From assembly GCF_000485595.1 (NCBI RefSeq), contig NW_014577089.1:53921-87408 (forward strand): a DNA stretch of 33,488 nt. The letters are read 5' to 3'. Shown in pieces: positions 25,491-33,488 of this stretch (position 1 is its first letter; each line of letters starts with the position of its first letter). The position numbers and the translations under genes are program-made. Origin of the DNA: Priapulus caudatus. Its lineage: Eukaryota. The notes beneath the pieces are model-generated. The model saw only the letters and a list, made by a program, of their open reading frames with translations, was not told where the DNA came from and did no database searches.

Positions 25491-26898
25491 GCGCTACACA
25501 CATACACACACTCATGCTAATTACATCCCGTTTTCTATTGACGCATGGCGCTACATGTTAGCATAATATAGAAACGCAACGGTGGCAATAACTTCTCGGC
25601 TATAATAAGGTGTGTTTAGAAGGGGTATAGGCACCTCGTCGCTTTGCTTCCCGACAGTCGGCTCGCTCGCTGCTCCCACACGACATCGGTGTACAGACAC
25701 TGTCGGTGCTACTACTACTAGATGTGCGGTTGGCACCGCGCCGCACGACCTACCGGCACCACTTCACCACCCAGCACCGCGCGTTAACTCGATTGCACCG
25801 TCACCAGTCGCAGCACTCAGCTCACAGCTAGACGAACACATTGCGAATGTTCAGGTCGAACCACCGTCGCACGCACTGAGGTGTGTTCACGTTAGCGTCT
25901 GATGTCTTCCAGGGTGAACGCTGATTGACGACTGCACCTGCCGCGTGTACGCTAAAATCACGTCGACATCTCACCCTCCGCGTAAAGTGTTATTGTAGGG
26001 AAAACTGTCTGCTCTCACATACACACACACACACACACAACACGCAGCTCCCGTCGCGCTCGTCGGCACGGTAACAGTGGCAAGAACCAGTCAGGGTCAC
26101 AGACAAGCAAAGGTGCGACGATTTAGCGCGAAAGCTGAGTAGACTTCGCGTAACAGGAGCCGTCCTCGGCGGACCAGCACGCGAAAATCACACTAGCGCG
26201 GCCTTACACATGCAGGTAGTACAACACGAGGTTACAACGCACCTGGGAATAAACATATATATAATCCAAGGGTCTCGGCGAGGATTTCGCACGCGAGGGC
26301 GGGCGGAGCCACTCACACTAGCTGCACGGTTCTAGATCTGCCTAATGACATAATGTGTGCAGCGACTTTTGTTCGGCAATATCTGATCGATCCGGAGCAC
26401 ATGGCGTGGCTCAGCATACACGCGTGCCTCCATTGTTTACCCCTGGGGCCCTCGAGCAATGCCCGCCGAGCACTCTTATTTTCTGCTTTGTTTTGCTGGG
26501 GCTCGCGACGTCCTACTCCACACCGTGGAGTTTCTCACGGAAATGACGCTTAATGTACACGTCACATGCGCGTAGCTGGGCCGCCGATATTATCCACCCA
26601 TTGCTAGGACGACACCACGGGCGAACACAAACAACGAATAATAATTACAAGCACCGTGCGGCGGCACACTTCACTATTCCACTATCTGTTGTTCATAGCG
26701 AGAGTACAGCGAGTGGTATAGGAAGCGAGCATTAAACACATTGACATGACAAGCAGACTAATTAGTAAGCATCACGGCGAGAGAATAATTGAGGCGTGTC
26801 AGGCGCACATTGTTTTAGACGCCTCGCCAATAACCGGTCAGTAGCATCATCCGCAGGGCCGCGTCCAACACAACACAGCCGACTCAACCCCGCTATCC

Positions 26899-27209
26899 AA
26901 CAGGCACTTGGAGTGTTTCAATAAAATATAATGCTAAATAAATACGAAATCTATTTCCTACCAAAGTCTTAATGTTTCTCTACTCTCTTTCGCCTATTAT
27001 TGCCGACAATTCCCTGTAAATGCCGTGCAAATGCTCCTCTGCAACACACATGTATACCGCGCGCGCGCTGCCGCACACTGACACATATATATAGAGTGTG
27101 ACTCTATATAATAGGCGAAATAACGTAGAGAAACATTAAGACTTTTGTAGGAAATAGATTTCGTATTTATTTAGCATTATATTTTATTGAAACGCTCCAA
27201 GTCCCTGTG
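26899..27209 (+). mobile_element. MITE, P-superfamily-like, copy 2 (311 bp, 8-bp TSD)
   Basis: Near-identical to 24351-24710 and in the same orientation. Ends AACAGGCACTTGGAG...CTCCAAGTCCCTGTG. Flanks CGCTATCC / CGCTATCT (7/8). Confidence 0.88.
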
Positions 27210-27536
27210 CGCTATCTATAGGGGAAGATGCATCCAGATACTGCTATATGCGACTCACTGACCACTACACGATGTACGAATAATAACAGCACTAATAACG
27301 CTGTCAGACAATTATAGCACACGTCCCGCTAATACCGTGTCATGAACGTACTAATACCTATCATGCCTACTCGTATGTATGATCACGCTGATATCATTAT
27401 ACATATAGGATCAGGCTAATCACACATCAGCACGCAAGTTACGACTAGAAGATGCTTGTATATCTATGCTACCATGTGATCACTGAGCAACAGTTTAACG
27501 AACAGCATATAAGCGAAGGCCAGTGGGAAGCGAGAA

Positions 27537-27790
27537 CGCGCACGCACGCACACACGCGCACTCACACACGCACACGCACACGCACACGCACACGCAACGA
27601 CGCACACGCACACGCACCGCACACGCACACGCACACCACACGCACACGCACACGCAACACGCACAGCACAACACACACACACACACACATTCTATCAACG
27701 TCAACTGGCGCGGTGAAATGAAAGTAAATCGCTCACAGCAACGCACAGCACGCACACGCACGGCAAACAACGCAGCACACCGCACGCACA

Positions 27791-27822
<32 letters not shown>

Positions 27823-28155
27823 AACACACACTCACTAGCACACGCACAGCACATCGCTACGCGCAACGCGCAAAGCGCACGCGCACACACAACACACACA
27901 CCACATTTATCCAACGTCAACTTGCGCGGAGTGAATGGAAAGTAATCGCTCTCAGTCACCACGCACGCACGCACCACACGAACACGCACACGCACACGCC
28001 ACACGCCACGGCAACACGCACCGCACACAGCACAGCACACGCACCACACCACACATTTATCACGTCAACTGCGCGTTGGTTTTGTAATGGAAGTATCCGC
28101 TCATCAGTCACACGCAGCGCACCGCACGCGACAGCACGCACGCACGCAGCACGCA

Positions 28156-28189
<34 letters not shown>

Positions 28190-28202
28190 CAACACACACA
28201 CA

Positions 28203-28242
<40 letters not shown>

Positions 28243-28402
28243 TTATGACGTCACTGCGCGGGTTGAAATGGAAAGATCGCCTCATCGCAGTCACCACGCA
28301 CGCACGCACGCACGCACACACGCACACACGCACGCACGCACGGCACAACCACAACACACAACACAACACACACACACACCACAAACGCGCACGACACACA
28401 CA

Positions 28403-28436
<34 letters not shown>

Positions 28437-28500
28437 TTATCAACGTCAACTTGCGCGGTGAAATGGAAAGTATCGCTCATCAGTCACACGCACGCACGCA
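27537..28500. repeat. Tandem array: five ~54-bp cores separated by (GCAC)n-(CA)n microsatellite spacers
   Basis: Cores start at 27688, 27904, 28054, 28240 and 28434; best copy CATTTATCAACGTCAACTTGCGCGGTGAAATGGAAAGTATCGCTCATCAGTCAC; periods 216, 150, 186, 194 bp. Confidence 0.92.
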
Positions 28501-28949
28501 GCGCATGCTACTCGTGTTGACTCTGCTATTATTATTATATATAACTGATTAAACATTTCTCTCGTAACTTTCACGTGAACTCGTCGTCGCAGCAAGCGCG
28601 ATGTAAGAGTTGGTCGTGAATGAACACATAGCGTGGTGGCCGTAATACATTATACTGGCTCGATAATTTACTTTTGCGGTTGGGTCGTGCCATATTAAAT
28701 TGCTGGCCAGCAGCGCCGCGCTGGCGCATGCCCACTCAGCAACGGTCAACACACGTGCGCGAGTGGACATCATCAATACTCCTTGCCTGTGTCAACATTG
28801 GCAGGTGATGTACAAAAGACCTGATCAATTAGCCATTGTACTGAAGCCAGCTGGCAGTGTGCCAACACGCTGGACATGGAAGGAGTAACCGAGAAAGACT
28901 CTCGTAGCGATTCGATGTGTTCGTTACAAGCCCGTTTTCTTGTTTCCTC

Positions 28950-29134
28950 TCTTACGACACTCTCACTCTCACTCTCACACACGGTATAAATCTCTCACTC
29001 TCAACGTCGTCTCTTCATCAGGATGCTCTCTAATCACTCTCTCGCTTACTCTCCTCTCCTCTCTCTCTCGTCTCTCTCTCTCCTCTGCACCTCTCTATCT
29101 CTGCTTCTCTCTCTCTCGTCTCAGCTCTCACTCG

Positions 29135-29165
<31 letters not shown>

Positions 29166-30376
29166 CTCTCCTCTGCTCTCTCTCTCTCTCATCTCCTCTC
29201 TCTATCTTCTACTATGCCGGTGTCACTTACGGAGAAATTGGAGACTCGTCGTCTTTGCAAGAGAGTATCCGCTCTGCTCTCCTCTCTCTCTCCTCGCTGA
29301 CTCTTACTATCGGCATACGCCATCCATCTCTCTCGATATGCATCACTTCCAACTCTCTCTCTCTCTCTCACTCTCTCTCTCTATCTAAAATCCATCCTAA
29401 ATCTACTCACCGTGGGTCTCGTTGTCTCGCCCTCGTCCTCTCTCTCAGCCTCTCCGCTCTCCGGCATCTACTCTCTACTCGATCTCAATTAAGTCTCAGA
29501 CTCTGTACGATATACGATCCCCAGTCGACGCGAATGAGCCGATATCGGCACCTCTCCCGGGGGCTGTCCTTCGTCGATCACGTCCTCGTCGTCCATTCTC
29601 TCCCGCCACTGATGCTCAGTCTCTCTCGTACTCTACCGCCGCTCTACTCGCCGAGCGCACTCTGGATCTCGCTGCAACTTCTTGTATGCGTCACTCTCCA
29701 ATATAGTCAAAAGTCATGGATCTACTCTCCACATCTCTCTCTCTCTCACTCTCGTCTGCTCTGCTCTCATCTCTCTCGTCCTCCTACTCCTCTGCTGCTC
29801 CATCTCTCTATCTAATCGTAATCGATAGTACATGTACGAATCTCATCTACTATCTATCTATCTCGTTTGCCGGGCCTCTCTCCTCTCTCCCTCTTCCCTC
29901 CACCCCCCCCCCCCCCCGGCCCCACCGCCCACCCCCGCCACGCCCCCCACGCCCCCGCCCCCACCCCCCCCCGGCCACCCCTACTCACCCTCTCTCCCCG
30001 ATCTCACCTCATCTCCTCGCTCTACTCCTCCTAACCTCTCATCATCACTCTGTCTCTCCAAAGATGATACATCGTCTTCACATCTGGCCGATCTCCTCGT
30101 CTCTCTCTCTCATCTCTCTCCTCTCACCCCCCCCCCCCCACCCCCCCCCGCACCCCCCCCGTTCACCTCACCTACCCGCCGCCCCCCCCCTCACGCACCC
30201 CCCCCCCCCCCCCCCCCCGCCCCCCCCCCCCCCCCGCACTCCCCCCACCCACCCCCGCAGCGCCCCCCCCACCCTACAACCGCCTCACCGGCCCCCCCCC
30301 CCCCCCGCCTCGGCTCCCCACTCCGGCCACCCAACCCCCCCCCCCCCCCCCCCCCCCCCCCTCGCCCCCAAGTGCG

Positions 30377-30412
<36 letters not shown>

Positions 30413-30625
30413 CCGCTAACAGCCAGCCCCCCCCCCTCCTTCTCCTCCTACTTCCTCTCTCATCCTCTACCCCTCTCTCCTCTCCTCTACATCTCTCGTC
30501 GTTCTATCCTCTCCTAACGAACACACACCAACGACGCGCACCAACAGCCTCACGCACCACGCACATCACACATCAACTCTTCACCCACTCGTTCCACCTA
30601 TCTATTTTTCGCTCTCTCTCTCCAT
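28950..30625. repeat. Low-complexity CT-rich region with poly-C tracts (29900-30440), probably low-accuracy sequence
   Basis: Heavily interrupted (CT)n and long C homopolymers. Confidence 0.8.
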
Positions 30626-31753
30626 CTGGCTGTCTTTTATTTTACCTCTGTCGTGTCTTTGTTGTAAAGATTCTTGCCCGACTTTAGGTTTAGGCACAGG
30701 TTCAGTTTGTACTACGAACCCATTGTTTACGAACACCTTGAGACGAGGATAGGTGAACCATGGGACAATAAATAAATGACAAAATGACGGCCGGAGTAAT
30801 ACGTTTATAACGTGCAATAATATCACTGGACCACTGGACGTTCGCCGATGCTACATTGCATGCTCAATTAAACACATAGCCCGAAGCAATTCCGCCTAAA
30901 GCATTTCCACTAGAAATTTTTTTTGCTTCCTGTGCTGCAATAGGAAAACATTTACACGAACACGGCTCGATTCTACTCTATAGAACCGGCGTATAAATCA
31001 GTACAACTGTGTTGAGTTTCACGCAGTCTGACTGTCATATACATGCACGCACGCACGTACGCTAACATGCACGCACATACGCACGCGTGTTAAATATTGG
31101 GTGATGCAGGTCTCCACTACGATGTTGATGTCTCTTTCAGCTGAACGACTAGAGGACTGAAAAACCTGATTATGGCGAGGAGAAGTCGATCTCCCGTTGC
31201 CTGCTGGCAGGGTAATGTAGCTAATAGTGCCAATCTCAGGTGAATATAATACATCATCAATGAGCAATTAGTGCTGCACAAGAGAGGGACGTGGAATGTA
31301 CGTGATAAATCGTTAGTCGCCGTTTTATGACAATGCCGCTAGTTCACTGCTCCCCCTGTGTACTTGCCAGTCGTTCCCGTAGCATGCAAATCAAATCAGT
31401 TGGACGGTCATCACGCGTTCGCGAACACGGCACCGTGTAGCTTACGGCGCGTCGAACAGCCGCCGGGAGCCAGTCTACGATAGCGGATTCCCCGTCCATA
31501 CATGCGCCGCGGCTGGGGGTGCGTGCAGCATCCATCCAAAAATGAACACTATAACAACACGAAATCAATAGACAGAAGAAAACTATGAGTGGACACAATC
31601 GCGGACGGCGCGCTGTCCCTCCGCGCGGATGCCGTCAATCAATCAATCACGTCGAATGAATGTGCGCTCGACACTGGCGCTACCTAGCATGCATGTAAGC
31701 GCGCGCGCCCTCGGAACAAAGACTCGCTCACTGCCTCTGAAACACAGACGTCG

Positions 31754-31799
31754 CTGCTTGCTGCTGCTGCTGCTGCTGCTTGCCACACACACACACACA
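31754..31799. repeat. (CTG)n followed by (CA)n microsatellite
   Basis: Direct reading. Confidence 0.9.
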
Positions 31800-33403
31800 T
31801 GTATGAATGCAAACAGCAAATTTTTCCATTGTTGGCGGAGAATCGATGGCGAACACGTGTGGTGGCAGCTTCCCGGCATTGATCACGACCCACACACCGT
31901 CAGGCGACCACACAATGCCTCGCGTATACCGTAGTCATCAACTCATCTCAGCTACATGTGCATCTAGTGCGACTCATTCTCGCAAATAAGTAACTAAACT
32001 ACGGATCCTTTTAAGACGTATTTGACAAGTGTCTAACTTTTTGGCGGGTCCAAAAAACGTAGCCTCTAAACTGGCACGAGTTAAATTTGTAGTGCTGGCC
32101 TCCACACTGCTACCATTGTCCCATCTGGATAGATACAAGTCATAACGCCACCAGCACCTTATCTCTGCCTGACGCACACTATATCTCTTTCAAGCACCTC
32201 ACCTTTGCAGTAGCGATGTCTCAGGTGCCTCGCCCATGTATCGACGCTACATATGAGCTATGTCTCGCTCGCATACAAGTTTTATCAAGCACATCTATGC
32301 ACTCCGCCTAAAGCACCATATTCTCTTGCCTATATCGGGGTTCACACGTTAAGTTGGCCAACCCCTAAGTGTCAAATCGGTTAGGTACGACGCTTACCAC
32401 AGCAGAAATTAGAATGATGAAGCCATGAAACCAGCAGACCACAGGCTAATGGGCAAAAACTCTATCATCAAATCGAATCCTCTTTCGAAGGCATCCCTTT
32501 AGAAATGATCAAGTAAACCAAATTTCGTAATGGCGTCGAGGGTAGTTCCACGTAATACGTCTCGTTTCCTTTAATGCTAAACATGTCGGAGCAAATGGAG
32601 CATTTACTGCGTGATTGAGGTTGAGAGCAGTTTTGGGATGAAGCTGGATGAAGATGATCGTACATGAGCAGTGAACTCGCGTTTTGGTAAAAAAAAAAAA
32701 AAAAACCAGCATGAAATATCAGAAAACGCCCTGCCCTGTGTTAGCTGATTTCATTACATTTTTTAGTGAAATAAAATCGCTCGAGAAAACATCGAAATTC
32801 CTCTCATAATTCTGATTAAAATCATCATACATAATAAATGCCACACTTATATATGGCAGGTGCTAACCCTCCAAGCATGAGTCGACCACTTTAGTATAGC
32901 AACTAAATGTCGAATGAAGAAACAAGCCACTCCTCTGCTAAAACCTCTTGTCAGTTAAGATTTGACTGAATGCCTTTTCAGTAGGTCGGCTCTTGTGATT
33001 ACAAATGAACGCAGCGGTAAGGTTGAAACGACAACAGACGCGGCATGACGAGGAGAGGTTCGCCGACACCGACAAGAGACACCTGCATCCTCTTGTGAGA
33101 TGATTACAGAGCTACCTCCTTATACTGATAGCATCGTCAGTTCTCTGTCCGTACGTCGCCATGCGCGCGTGTCTTTGTTGGGTAACTCTCCCGAAGGCGA
33201 TTCGCCACTAATCTGACGGTAAAAAAACTGTACAAAAAAATTACGCCGTTGCCGCTGTCGCGGGAGGCGGGTTCTTTGGGGCCGATTACAAGGTTGGATC
33301 GGCGCCGATGTCAGCCATCAAACACATGTGTATTGCGCGTTAAATGCGATTAATGCTTATACAGTACTTCTGATAAACAGCGAATAAATCGAGAAAAAAA
33401 GCA

Positions 33404-33432
33404 GAGTGAGCGAGAGAGAGAGGGAGCAACAA

Positions 33433-33488
<56 letters not shown>
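33404..33488. repeat. (GA)n microsatellite running off the window end
   Basis: Direct reading. Confidence 0.96.

Noticed and set aside
24351..27209. Single composite transposon bounded by the two MITEs
   Set aside because: Each MITE has its own distinct TSD, and the outermost flanks do not match each other.
27688..28487. CRISPR array
   Set aside because: The spacers are 95-165 bp microsatellites rather than unique ~30-40 bp sequences, there are no cas genes, and the context is eukaryotic.
28940..30687. Leu/Ser-rich and polyproline (formin/extensin-like) ORFs
   Set aside because: Translations of CT and poly-C low-complexity, probably noisy sequence; open in several frames and with no associated domain.

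Overview
Repeat-rich, apparently non-coding eukaryotic DNA (probably an invertebrate draft assembly; the taxon cannot be fixed from sequence alone). I found no recognisable protein-coding gene, RNA gene or CRISPR array. Most ORFs in the track are translations of microsatellites or run through N gaps. Well-supported structure: (i) two copies of a MITE with ~100-bp TIRs, CANRG-type ends and 8-bp TSDs (P-superfamily-like) at 24351-24710 and 26899-27209; (ii) a 194-bp element with perfect 24-bp TIRs at 3055-3248; (iii) a ~204-bp inverted repeat pair at 22185-23238; (iv) a five-unit array of a 54-bp core separated by polarised (GCAC)n-(CA)n spacers at 27537-28500; (v) 16-, 13- and 33-bp minisatellites, a 33-bp palindrome and many microsatellites. 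Much of 7.1-23.2 kb consists of three local duplications whose copies differ mainly by indels, next to 754-N and 25-N gaps. This points to unpolished long-read gap filling and false duplication, so apparent novelty there should be treated with suspicion.
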